A DNA stretch of 64,000 nt from positions 3,968,001-4,032,000 of the forward strand of contig OY782041.1 of assembly GCA_963677595.1 (NCBI GenBank), given 5' to 3'. Position numbers and translations under genes: made by a program. Origin of the DNA: Spirochaetia bacterium. GTDB lineage: Bacteria > Spirochaetota > Spirochaetia > CAKZLE01. This document shows positions 19,169 to 28,256 of this stretch, piece by piece; positions within the stretch are counted from its first letter, which is position 1, and each line of letters starts with the position of its first letter. Below the pieces are notes generated by a model. That model saw nothing but the letters and a program-made list of their open reading frames with translations, had not been told where the DNA came from and made no database searches.

Positions 19169-20581
19169 TTACTCCCCGTACTTCTCTATGAATGCACCGA
19201 ACATCTCCTCATCACTCGGCTTCGACGGTGTGATCGGCTTCGAGAGCCACGTCACGTTGAGGAAGTGCTTGTAGTTGATGTTCTCCGTCGTGATGTTCCC
19301 GCCCCACGTACCGCAGCCAAGGGTGACCGTAGACGGCATCCCGTTGAAGAAGTTCCCCCCGTTCGCCGGGGCCTGCGGCTGGTTCACGATGATCCTCGAG
19401 GACTTCATATGGGTCCCGAGGTAGTCGATGTATGCCTCGTTCTGCGTGAAGATCCCGCAGGAGTGGCCTGTCCCGTTGTTGTCCGTGATCTCTTTGAGCA
19501 GCGTATACCCCTCTTCGAAGTCTGTGTACTTCCATACCGTGAGCACCGGAGAGAGCTTCTCCTTCGCATACCGGTCTTCGGTGATCGGCCTCTTCCCCTC
19601 TACCACGAGCATCCGCTTCTCTGCAGGGATCGAAAGCCCTGCGTCAGCGGCGATCACCTGCGCCGACTTCGCCACGATCCCCGGGTTCAGCGCCCGGTAC
19701 CCGTTCTTGTTCTCTATCCACATCCACTGCTCTAACGTCTGCTTCTCTTCAGCCGAACACAGGTATCCGCCTTCAGCTTCCAGGAGTCGCATGAACTCGT
19801 CATAGATCGACTCATGCACGATCACGGAGTTCTCTGACGAGCAGCTCGTCGCGTTGTCGAAGCACTTGCTCAAAGCTACCTTCGCTGCCGCGTCGGCTAC
19901 ATCGGCATCCTCGGCAATGATCTGCACCGAGTTCCCCGGCCCTACCCCGTAGGCTGGCGTGCCTGAGGAGTAGGCGGCCTTCACCATCGCACCGCCTCCG
20001 GTCGCCAAGACCAGGTCCACCTTCGCCATGAGTTCCCCCGTTGCCGGGATCGATGGTTCTGCAATGATCTGGATGAGGTCCTCAGGCGCCCCCACCTTCT
20101 TCAAGCCGGCACGCATGTACTCCACGGCCAGTGAGGAAGCGGCCTTCGACCGCGGGTGCGGTGCGAAGATCACCGCGTTCCGCCCTTTGAGCACGCTCAC
20201 CGCGTTGCTTCCCGGCGTCGCTGTCGGGTTCGTCACCGGCGTCAATGCCCCGATGACCCCAACGGGCTTGGCATACTTGAAGATCTGCTTCGCCTCATCG
20301 GTCTCGATGAGCCCCACAGACTTCGCGCCTGGGTCCATCACGTCCTTCAGTACCCCGAGGATCTTCCCCTTATGCTTCTTCACCTTGTCCTCGTAGTTCC
20401 CCATCCCCGTCTCCTCGACGGCTAATGCGGCTAACTTCTCGATGTTCTCGTCCTTATACACTTCCCACCCGATCGCTAAACACACCTCGTCGATCTGCTC
20501 CTGGGTGTAGTCGGCTACCTGGGCCTGCGCGGCTCGAGCCTTCGTGATCAATATATCGATTGCTGTATCTGCAGTTTCCAT
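19169..20581 (-). CDS. CoA-acylating aldehyde dehydrogenase, SauS/SqwD (sulfoacetaldehyde dehydrogenase)-like
   Basis: PVTNP, GVGPGN, SKCFDNATSCSSENS, EKLSPVL, GHS and GCGTWGGN motifs. The DNATSCSSENS active-site segment matches SauS as I recall it. Confidence 0.85.
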   Translation of the reverse strand: METADTAIDILITKARAAQAQVADYTQEQIDEVCLAIGWEVYKDENIEKLAALAVEETGMGNYEDKVKKHKGKILGVLKDVMDPGAKSVGLIETDEAKQIFKYAKPVGVIGALTPVTNPTATPGSNAVSVLKGRNAVIFAPHPRSKAASSLAVEYMRAGLKKVGAPEDLIQIIAEPSIPATGELMAKVDLVLATGGGAMVKAAYSSGTPAYGVGPGNSVQIIAEDADVADAAAKVALSKCFDNATSCSSENSVIVHESIYDEFMRLLEAEGGYLCSAEEKQTLEQWMWIENKNGYRALNPGIVAKSAQVIAADAGLSIPAEKRMLVVEGKRPITEDRYAKEKLSPVLTVWKYTDFEEGYTLLKEITDNNGTGHSCGIFTQNEAYIDYLGTHMKSSRIIVNQPQAPANGGNFFNGMPSTVTLGCGTWGGNITTENINYKHFLNVTWLSKPITPSKPSDEEMFGAFIEKYGE

Positions 20582-20613
20582 AGAACCTCCGTCATGATAA
20601 AAAGTAATGCTCT

Positions 20614-20625
20614 TTGTCTATACAA
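20614..20625. promoter_or_regulatory. Probable GntR/HutC operator 1
   Basis: TTGTCTATACAA near-palindrome abutting a minus-strand TTGACA(20652-20647)...TGTAAT promoter. Confidence 0.7.
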
Positions 20626-20686
20626 TTACACATTGATTTACGAATTTGTCAAGAGTTAATAGTGGAAAAACTTCTATAGATAACAC

Positions 20687-21475
20687 TTAGGAGGCTGAGA
20701 CTGTCCGCTTCTTCTTCCTTTTACGCTTGCTGCTGAAGAGGTACTTGCCCGAAGTCGCCTTGAACCGGTAGCGGTCCCCCCGATAGAAGGAATAGAGGAC
20801 TTCAACAGGGATCTCGTCAGCATCGTAGATGGTGCTCTCGAGCATCATGCAGGGTTCCGGTTCTGTTATCTCGAAGATAGCAAGCTCATCAGGTCCGGGA
20901 AGGACTGCCTGGAAGATCTGTGTGGAGTGGTGAAGCTCGACCCCGAACTTCTCCACGAGGAGGTGGTAGAAGGAATCTGTGATCTTCATATCGAGAAGCT
21001 TCTTGAACTCATCATAGGAGATATAGCTCTTCTCGATGAGGACCGGCTCATTCTCTACCCGTTTCACGCTGATGGTGAGGATAGCCTGCTGCTCTGGCCC
21101 GAGTTCCAGTAGGTTCGCCGTCCGCTCGTCGGGGGTCACGACCTCCATGGACAAGGTCTCATGGATCGGGATGATCCCATGGAGTTCCATGTCGTCATCG
21201 AAGGCGGAGATGTTCTCGAGGCCGTAGATGTATCCCCGCGGCTTGGTGGAGACCAGGATGGTCCCCTCTGCCCGCTTCCGTACGATCATCTTCTCGAGTA
21301 CGAGTTCTTCTAATGCCTGCCGGACGGTCATACGGTTGACGCCGAACTTCTCGGCGAGCTCCTCCTCGGTCGGCAGTCGGTCGCCCACCTGGATCCTTCC
21401 CCGGTTGATCATACCGAAGATCCATTGCCTGATCTGGAGATATTTAGGGACTTTACTTGTAGGATCCAATGCCAT
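20687..21475 (-). CDS. GntR-family (HutC/UTRA) transcriptional regulator
   Basis: PKYLQI, GDRLPTEEELAEKFGVNRMTVRQAL and a C-terminal UTRA domain ending YRGDRY. Confidence 0.92.
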   Translation of the reverse strand: MALDPTSKVPKYLQIRQWIFGMINRGRIQVGDRLPTEEELAEKFGVNRMTVRQALEELVLEKMIVRKRAEGTILVSTKPRGYIYGLENISAFDDDMELHGIIPIHETLSMEVVTPDERTANLLELGPEQQAILTISVKRVENEPVLIEKSYISYDEFKKLLDMKITDSFYHLLVEKFGVELHHSTQIFQAVLPGPDELAIFEITEPEPCMMLESTIYDADEIPVEVLYSFYRGDRYRFKATSGKYLFSSKRKRKKKRTVSAS

Positions 21476-21556
21476 GTGTACACCTCTGCGTTGGATAAAG
21501 TCTATCACCATGGGTCTGGAAGGTCAATATAATGTATAGTTTGTATATCTGTATGT

Positions 21557-21568
21557 TTGTATAGACAA
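21557..21568. promoter_or_regulatory. Probable GntR/HutC operator 2
   Basis: TTGTATAGACAA, the exact reverse complement of the site at 20614, between gntR and the aminotransferase. Confidence 0.7.
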
Positions 21569-21634
21569 ACACCATTTTCAATGATATCCTATTACAAAAA
21601 TACTCAAAAATACTGCCTTTCACAGGAGAAGTAG

Positions 21635-23002
21635 ATGGAACGATACAAATCTGTACCAAACGAGAAGATCAATCTCGATACCTATGAACTCGAGAATATT
21701 TACCAGTCATGGTGCTACCAGCCGGTAAACCCGCCCAACCGGGTCGTGTCGGCAAAAGGATTGCGGTTCACCACTGAGGACGGCCGTGAACGGCTCGACT
21801 TCAGTTCCTGCTTCGTCAGCCACAACATCGGGCACCAGGACCAGCGGGTGGTCGACGCGATCTGCCGCCAGGCGAACAAGCTCACCTCTTTCGCCCCGAG
21901 TTTCTCGACTGAGCCGAGAGCCCTGCTCGGGAAGATCCTGGAAGATATAACCCCCGGGGACCTGGGGACTTCCTTCATCTCCCTCGGCGGTACCGAGGCG
22001 AACGAAGCTGCGATCAAGATCGCCCAGCAGCATACCGGCAAGCGGAAGATCATCGGGCGCTACAGGAGCTACCATGGAGGGACCGGTGCAGCCATGTCGG
22101 TCTCCGTCGGGGACCCGAGGAGCTGGGCAGTCGTCTCAGGCAAGACGGAGGTGGTCGCCGTACCGCAGCCCTACTGCTACCGGTGCATGTTCGGCCAGGA
22201 ATACCTTTCCTGCAAGATGCAGTGCCTGAAGTACACCGAAGAGGTCATCCAGCTCGAGGGCGGGGATGATATGATCGCAGGGATGATCTGTGAGCCGGTT
22301 ACCGGTGCGAACGGCATCATCGTCCCGCCGCCTGAGTACTTCCCCATGCTTCGGGAGATCTGCGACAAATACGGGATCATGCTCATCGCCGATGAGGTCA
22401 TGAGTGGGTTCGGCAGGACCGGTAAGTGGTTCGCCGTTGACCACTGGGATGTCGTCCCAGACATCCTCAGCGTTGCGAAGGGCCTGACCTCAGGCTATTT
22501 CCCGCTTGGTGCCACGATCACGAAGAAGGATGTCGGCAAGTCCTTCCAGGAGAAGATGTTCAGCCACGGTGCGACCTATGCCGGCCATGCACTCGGCTGC
22601 GCGACCGCCATCGAGGTGGTGAGCATCTATGAGAAGGACAACCTGATCGAAAACTCAGCTGTCCTCGGCGAGTACCTCAAGCAGAAGGCCCTTGAACTGA
22701 AAGAGAAACACCCGGTCATCGGGGATGTCCGAGGTCTCGGCCTCTTCGTCGGTCTCGAGCTGGTCAAGGACCGGGAGACCAAGGAACCGATCATCCCGAT
22801 CAAGGCAAAGATCCAGAAGGGACTCAACCCGAAACTGGAACTGGCAAAGAGACTCGGGGAACTCGGCATGATGGTCATGGCCGCAAACCCAAGCAACGTC
22901 GTTGGTCTTGCACCGGCACTCATAGCAACCAAAGATGACATCGATGAGGGCATGGCTATCCTTGACGAGGCATTGGAGGTTCTAGGAAAATACACAGTAT
23001 AG
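21635..23002 (+). CDS. Class III (omega-amino acid) aminotransferase, taurine/beta-alanine:2-oxoacid type
   Basis: GGTEANE, YRSYHG, DEVMSGFGRTG, AKGLTSGY and HGATYAGH motifs. Confidence 0.88.
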   Translation: MERYKSVPNEKINLDTYELENIYQSWCYQPVNPPNRVVSAKGLRFTTEDGRERLDFSSCFVSHNIGHQDQRVVDAICRQANKLTSFAPSFSTEPRALLGKILEDITPGDLGTSFISLGGTEANEAAIKIAQQHTGKRKIIGRYRSYHGGTGAAMSVSVGDPRSWAVVSGKTEVVAVPQPYCYRCMFGQEYLSCKMQCLKYTEEVIQLEGGDDMIAGMICEPVTGANGIIVPPPEYFPMLREICDKYGIMLIADEVMSGFGRTGKWFAVDHWDVVPDILSVAKGLTSGYFPLGATITKKDVGKSFQEKMFSHGATYAGHALGCATAIEVVSIYEKDNLIENSAVLGEYLKQKALELKEKHPVIGDVRGLGLFVGLELVKDRETKEPIIPIKAKIQKGLNPKLELAKRLGELGMMVMAANPSNVVGLAPALIATKDDIDEGMAILDEALEVLGKYTV

Positions 23003-23006
23003 AAAC

Positions 23007-23040
23007 AGAGGGGTGAGCAGCATCTGCTTGACCCCTCTTT
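23007..23040 (+). terminator. Intrinsic terminator
   Basis: agaggggt...acccctct stem followed by a T-run. Confidence 0.7.
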
Positions 23041-23047
23041 CTATATA

Positions 23048-23073
23048 GGAAGTGATTTCACGAAATCACTTCC
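23048..23073. promoter_or_regulatory. Perfect 12-bp inverted repeat (candidate operator)
   Basis: ggaagtgatttc-ac-gaaatcacttcc. Confidence 0.5.
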
Positions 23074-23138
23074 AAAGCCAGACTTAAAAATACCTATCTT
23101 TTTACGTCTGGATATACACACACATTTAGGGGGTATCT

Positions 23139-23861
23139 ATGAACACCGAAACCAATTTGGTGGCGAACTCAGGGCTGATGTTCATCCTGTGTCTCATCCC
23201 GATCGTCATCATCGCGATCCAGGCAGTCGTCTTCCTCATCCGGGCCTACCGTGAAGCAGGCAATATGGGGATCACAGCCGCTACCAGGAAGAAAGTCATC
23301 ATCAACAGCGCGGTCTTCTCGATCGTGCCGACCCTGCCGATCATCCTGATCATGGCCGTACTCATGCCGGCACTCGGCAAGTACCTGCCCTGGCTGAGGC
23401 TCTCGGTCATCGGGTCAGCATTCTATGAGAACATGGCTGCCGACATGGCTGTCAAGGCATTCGGCCTGACCGGTATCGCCGACACCGGTATGACGCCGTC
23501 GATCTTCATCAGTGTCGCCTGGGTCATGACCCTTGGAGTCCTGATGTACCCGCTGGCTAATATCTTCTTCCTCAAATCCCTGGACAAGGGCTTCAAGAAG
23601 ATGAAGAGCAAGGGCGGCTTCCTCGCGAAGATCACACCGGCTATGTTCCTCGGCCTCATGGCTGCCTACGGCGGTTCCTATGTCGCGAACTACCAGAACT
23701 ATCTCTCCATCGTGGCGATCCTGACCAGTGGGGTCCTGATCTTCCTGTTGGGTGCGATCGCAAAGAAGAGCGGGCAGAAGTGGCTCAATGACTTCTCCTT
23801 CCCTCTCGCCCTCATCGGCGGTATGGCAGCAGCCATCATCGTATCGTCCATAGCAGCATAA
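23139..23861 (+). CDS. DUF5058-family membrane protein
   Basis: PWLRLSVIGSxxYE motif and multiple TM helices. Confidence 0.8.
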   Translation: MNTETNLVANSGLMFILCLIPIVIIAIQAVVFLIRAYREAGNMGITAATRKKVIINSAVFSIVPTLPIILIMAVLMPALGKYLPWLRLSVIGSAFYENMAADMAVKAFGLTGIADTGMTPSIFISVAWVMTLGVLMYPLANIFFLKSLDKGFKKMKSKGGFLAKITPAMFLGLMAAYGGSYVANYQNYLSIVAILTSGVLIFLLGAIAKKSGQKWLNDFSFPLALIGGMAAAIIVSSIAA

Positions 23862-23873
23862 GGAGGAACGAAC

Positions 23874-24587
23874 ATGAGTAAGAAAGAACACACGAAAATA
23901 GAGCTCTCACCATACCAGAAGCAGCTCCATACCTTCGGCAGGACTACCAATGTCATCGCAGTCATCGCCCTCGTGGCAGTACCGCTGGTACTCACCATGG
24001 TATCAGGGGTACCTATCGACATCGGGCTCACGCTCCGCGGCCTCGTTGGTATCGGGTCCCTCATGATGGTCATGGTCATCGTAGAGTTCATGAGCTATGC
24101 ACCGATCCTCGGTGCAGGTGCGACCTACCTGACCTTCATCACCGGTAATACCGGTAACCTGAAGCTCCCGGCAGCGAAGAGCTCGATCCGGCTCGCAGAA
24201 GTCGAGGACGGGTCAGCAGAGGCTGAGATCATCTCGACCATGGCTGTCGCCGTCTCCTCGCTCGTCACCATCGTCATCCTCTTCATCGGTCTCTTCGGGC
24301 TGAGTTTCCTCATCCCTGTCCTGCAGAACCCGACCCTCAAACCAGGTTTCGACAACCTGATGCCGGCCCTCATCGGGGCCATGGGTATCCCGGTACTGAT
24401 CATGAGCCCGAAAGAGGCATCCCTCCCGGTCATCGTGGCGATCATCCTGACGCTCATCATCGGGTACGCGATGTTCATGCAGATGGTCTCCATGGCCCTG
24501 CCGGTCTTCATGCTGCTCTCGATCGGCTGGTCATATGTGCTCCATAGAAGGGATGAGAAGAAGAACGCTGCAGCTGATGCAGAATAG
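23874..24587 (+). CDS. Membrane protein, partner of DUF5058 (probable two-subunit permease)
   Basis: YAPILGxGATYLTFITGNxxNLKLP motif and multiple TM helices. AGGAGG SD. Confidence 0.75.
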   Translation: MSKKEHTKIELSPYQKQLHTFGRTTNVIAVIALVAVPLVLTMVSGVPIDIGLTLRGLVGIGSLMMVMVIVEFMSYAPILGAGATYLTFITGNTGNLKLPAAKSSIRLAEVEDGSAEAEIISTMAVAVSSLVTIVILFIGLFGLSFLIPVLQNPTLKPGFDNLMPALIGAMGIPVLIMSPKEASLPVIVAIILTLIIGYAMFMQMVSMALPVFMLLSIGWSYVLHRRDEKKNAAADAE

Positions 24588-24597
24588 GAAAGGAATC

Positions 24598-26232
24598 ATG
24601 AAAAAGATCTATACGAATGGAACAATCATCACCGTCGATGACGACATGCCCCAGGCTGAGGCAGTCGTCGTCAGTGACGGGAAGATCGTCTTCGTCGGCA
24701 GCAGTGAAGGCGCTGCAGCCTACAAGGATGATACGACAGAACTCATCGACCTGGAGGGCAAGACGATCCTCCCGGGCTTCATCGACGGCCACAGCCACTA
24801 CTTCATGGCTGCCAACACGGCGAACATGGCTTCAGTCGCGGCACCCCCGATCGGGAACGTCCACTGTATACCAGATATCATCGCCATACTCAAAGATGAC
24901 ATCGCCAAGAAGGACTATGGTCCAGAAGACATCGTCATGGGCTGGGGCTACGATGAGTCCCTGCTTGATGAAGGCAGGGTCCCGACCAACAAGGAGCTCG
25001 ATGAGATCTCCGAGGAGCTCTCGATCTATATCGCGCATGCCTCAGGCCATAAGGGCGTTGCCAACAGCGCGTTCCTGAAGCGCTTTGGGATCGACGAGAA
25101 TTCCGTGGACCCAGAGGGCGGCCACATCGGGCGGTACCCGGGGACGATGATCCCCAACGGGACGCTCGAGGAACAGGCCATGATGCCGATCATGATGAAG
25201 ATGTTCGGCAAGCCTAATGAGGCGACCCTCGTTGCCAATCTCAAGGCTGTCGGCGAGCTCTATGCCAGCAACGGTATCACGACCGCACAGGATGGCGGCT
25301 GGCAGGAAGCGGTCATCGGGCTGGCACGGATGGCTGACAAGCAGGGACTGGTCAAGATCGACGTCGTCGGCTACCCCTTCGTGGACAGCCCGGAAGCCTT
25401 CGCCCTCATCGACAAGAACGAGGTCGGTCCCTATGACGGCCACATCAAGGTCGGTGGGGCGAAGCTGATCCTCGACGGGTCCCCACAGGCGAAGACTGCC
25501 TGGCTCTCCAAGCCGTACCATGTGACACCTCCAGGTGAGGACGCCTCCTACCGGGGCTACCCCTTCCATAACCATGATGAGCCGGTCATCGCTATCATCG
25601 AGGAGTGCCTCAAGCGGAATATCCAGCTGCTGACCCATACCAACGGCGACCAGGCATCCGAACAGCTGATCACCTGCTATGAGCAGGCACAGAAGAACAC
25701 CGGGATCACCGGTGACTTCCGTCCGGTCATGATCCATGCACAGACAGTGCGTGACGACCAGCTCGACCGGATGGTCCCGCTGCACATGATCCCGTCGTTC
25801 TTCCAGTGCCATACCTTCTTCTGGGGCGACTGGCACATGGATTCAGTGTTAGGACCTGTACGCGGGGCACACATCAGCCCGGTACGGGCTGCGATAGACC
25901 GGGGCATCACCTACACGCTCCACCAGGACACACCGGTCGTGCCGCCCCAGATGATATTCACACTCTGGACAGCGGTAAACCGTAAGACACGATCCGGAAG
26001 ATCGATCGGGGCTGATCAACGGGTCACTATCATGGAGGCGATCAAGGGTATCACGATCAACGGCGCCTACCAGTATTTCGAAGAGGACTCCAAGGGGAGT
26101 ATCACCACAGGGAAACGGGCTGACATGGTCATCCTCGACAAGAACCCACTCGAAGTCGAGCCTGATGCGATCAAGGATATCCAGATCCTCGAGACCATCA
26201 AGGATGGCCAGACCATCTACACGAAGGCTTAG
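24598..26232 (+). CDS. YtcJ-like (amidohydrolase 3) metallo-amidohydrolase
   Basis: PGFIDGHSH, DGSPQ, HTNGD, HAQ, HQDTPV and GKRADMVIL motifs. Start at MKKIYTNG. Confidence 0.9.
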   Translation: MKKIYTNGTIITVDDDMPQAEAVVVSDGKIVFVGSSEGAAAYKDDTTELIDLEGKTILPGFIDGHSHYFMAANTANMASVAAPPIGNVHCIPDIIAILKDDIAKKDYGPEDIVMGWGYDESLLDEGRVPTNKELDEISEELSIYIAHASGHKGVANSAFLKRFGIDENSVDPEGGHIGRYPGTMIPNGTLEEQAMMPIMMKMFGKPNEATLVANLKAVGELYASNGITTAQDGGWQEAVIGLARMADKQGLVKIDVVGYPFVDSPEAFALIDKNEVGPYDGHIKVGGAKLILDGSPQAKTAWLSKPYHVTPPGEDASYRGYPFHNHDEPVIAIIEECLKRNIQLLTHTNGDQASEQLITCYEQAQKNTGITGDFRPVMIHAQTVRDDQLDRMVPLHMIPSFFQCHTFFWGDWHMDSVLGPVRGAHISPVRAAIDRGITYTLHQDTPVVPPQMIFTLWTAVNRKTRSGRSIGADQRVTIMEAIKGITINGAYQYFEEDSKGSITTGKRADMVILDKNPLEVEPDAIKDIQILETIKDGQTIYTKA

Positions 26233-26286
26233 AGTACCCTCACCTGCCGTATGCAGGAACCGTTCGTGATTGGCGGTAATGTCTCC

Positions 26287-26321
26287 GTAGAGCCCTCTGC
26301 AACTCAGGGGGCTCTACCTTT
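26287..26321 (+). terminator. Stem-loop terminator
   Basis: gtagagccctctg-caact-cagggggctctac followed by cttt. Confidence 0.6.
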
Positions 26322-26405
26322 ATAAAACAGACAAACAGCAGATTCGCTCTGCAGCAGTATATATTCCATGGTATAATGAACAAGCTATGAAGCATAGGAG
26401 GAGTC

Positions 26406-28037
26406 ATGAAGGACACGATCTATATCAACGGGGAAGTGGTCACCGTCAACGATAAGCAGCCGGAGGCAGAGGCGGTAGTCGTCAGGAAGGGGAAGATCGC
26501 CTTCGTCGGCTCGACCAAGGAAGCATTACAATACCGGAAAGGTAGTACCAGGGTGATCGACCTTGCGGGGAAGACCCTGCTCCCGGGATTCATCGACCCG
26601 CACAGCCATTTCCTCATGGCGACGCTCACCTCCGATTTCGTCGTCCTCTCCTCCCCGCCCATCGATACCATCGAGACGATCGATGATATCATCGGTCGGC
26701 TCAAAGACCGGATCACTGAGCGAAAGCTCAAGCCCGGGACGACCCTGGTAGGCTGGGGCTTCGATGACTCGCTGCTCAAGGAGGGTCGTATCCTCACCAA
26801 CCGTGACCTCGACCTGGTCTCGACCGAGCACCCGGTGCTCACCATGCACCAGTCCGGCCATATCGGGGTGGTGAACAGCAGCGCCCTCGAGCTCTTCGGG
26901 ATAACCGCCGACACGCCTGACCCCGAAGGCGGCCATATCGGGCATTGGGAGGACGGCACACCGAACGGACTGCTCGAGGAGGCTGCACTCATGAACCACC
27001 TCATGTCGATCTTCCCGAAACCGTCACTGGGGACGGTCATCAGCTCGTTCAAGAAAGGCACGAAGCTCTATGCCCAGTACGGCATCACCACCGCACAGGA
27101 CGGTGGGACTACGGACCAGATGCTCATGCTCGTGAAGCTCGCACGGATCCTGCGCCTCTTCAAGATAGATGTGGTAGGCTATTACGGTATATCAGAGGAG
27201 GGGTTCAGCAAGCTTGACTGGGTCAAGGAGCAGAACCGGTATAAGGGTGGCTTCAGGCTCGGGGGCGTGAAGTTCCTCCTCGACGGCTCCCCCCAGGCAA
27301 AGACAGCCTGGCTCTCGAAACCCTATTTCAAGCCACCAGAGGGTCAGCCTGCCGATTACTGCGGCTATCCCATGCATGAGGACACCGATTTCGTCGACCG
27401 GGTCTATGAGGAGGCCCTGAAGCGCGACATCCAGATCCTGACCCATACCAATGGGGACCAGGCTTCCGAGCAGCTGATCACCAGCTTCGAGAAGGCGAAG
27501 AAGAAGACCGGCAGCACCGCTGATACCCGCCCGGTCATGATCCATGCCCAGACGGTCCGGGACGACCAGCTCGACCGGATGGCACCGCTGAACATGATCC
27601 CCTCCTTCTTCCACGACCATACCTTCTACTGGGGTGACTGGCATATACACTCGGTCCTCGGTAAGGAGCGTGCCTACCGGATCAGCCCTATCCAGTCCGC
27701 GATCAAGCGGGGCATCACCTACACCCTTCACCAGGACACGCCGGTCGTCCCGCCGAACATGCCGTTCACCCTCTGGACTGCCGTGAACCGCAAGACCCGC
27801 AGCGGGGAAGTCATAGGAGCTGACCAGCGTGCTTCGAGGATCGAGGCACTCCGGGGCATCACGCTCAACGGTGCCTACCAGTACTTCGAGGAGGACTCGA
27901 AGGGGAGCATCGAGGTCGGCAAGCGGGCGGACCTCGTGATCATGGACGGCAACCCGATGACCGTCGATGCTGATGCGATCAAGGACCTGAAAGTCCTCGA
28001 GACGATCAAGGACGGCAAGACCATCTACCGGAGATAA
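26406..28037 (+). CDS. YtcJ-like amidohydrolase (paralog of the upstream gene)
   Basis: Same motifs; long identical peptides shared with 24598..26232. Confidence 0.9.
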   Translation: MKDTIYINGEVVTVNDKQPEAEAVVVRKGKIAFVGSTKEALQYRKGSTRVIDLAGKTLLPGFIDPHSHFLMATLTSDFVVLSSPPIDTIETIDDIIGRLKDRITERKLKPGTTLVGWGFDDSLLKEGRILTNRDLDLVSTEHPVLTMHQSGHIGVVNSSALELFGITADTPDPEGGHIGHWEDGTPNGLLEEAALMNHLMSIFPKPSLGTVISSFKKGTKLYAQYGITTAQDGGTTDQMLMLVKLARILRLFKIDVVGYYGISEEGFSKLDWVKEQNRYKGGFRLGGVKFLLDGSPQAKTAWLSKPYFKPPEGQPADYCGYPMHEDTDFVDRVYEEALKRDIQILTHTNGDQASEQLITSFEKAKKKTGSTADTRPVMIHAQTVRDDQLDRMAPLNMIPSFFHDHTFYWGDWHIHSVLGKERAYRISPIQSAIKRGITYTLHQDTPVVPPNMPFTLWTAVNRKTRSGEVIGADQRASRIEALRGITLNGAYQYFEEDSKGSIEVGKRADLVIMDGNPMTVDADAIKDLKVLETIKDGKTIYRR

Positions 28038-28078
28038 CCGGGCATAAAGAGAGCAATTGTTGTCAAACACACCCATGT

Positions 28079-28107
28079 TTGACAACAACCCCTACAACCC
28101 GTACAAT
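28079..28107 (+). promoter_or_regulatory. Sigma70 promoter of the GGDEF gene
   Basis: TTGACA-17 bp-TACAAT. The -35 box lies inside a 13-bp inverted repeat (28057-28088). Confidence 0.75.
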
Positions 28108-28256
28108 TTCACAAGAGAACCCGTTATTGAGGATCGCAGCCGGCTCTTTAGGCTGCCTTCCTGTCTTGTGGGGGCAAACACGGGTTCCCGGTCTCTCGTT
28201 CTCCGGCAGGGGGACAGCATGTGCATGCCCCTGAGCTGATACAAGGATTGGGGAAC

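Noticed and set aside
28140-28175. SRP RNA on the minus strand (ggaaggcagcc)
   Set aside because: It lacks the full CAGG..GGAA..AGCAG domain IV hairpin.
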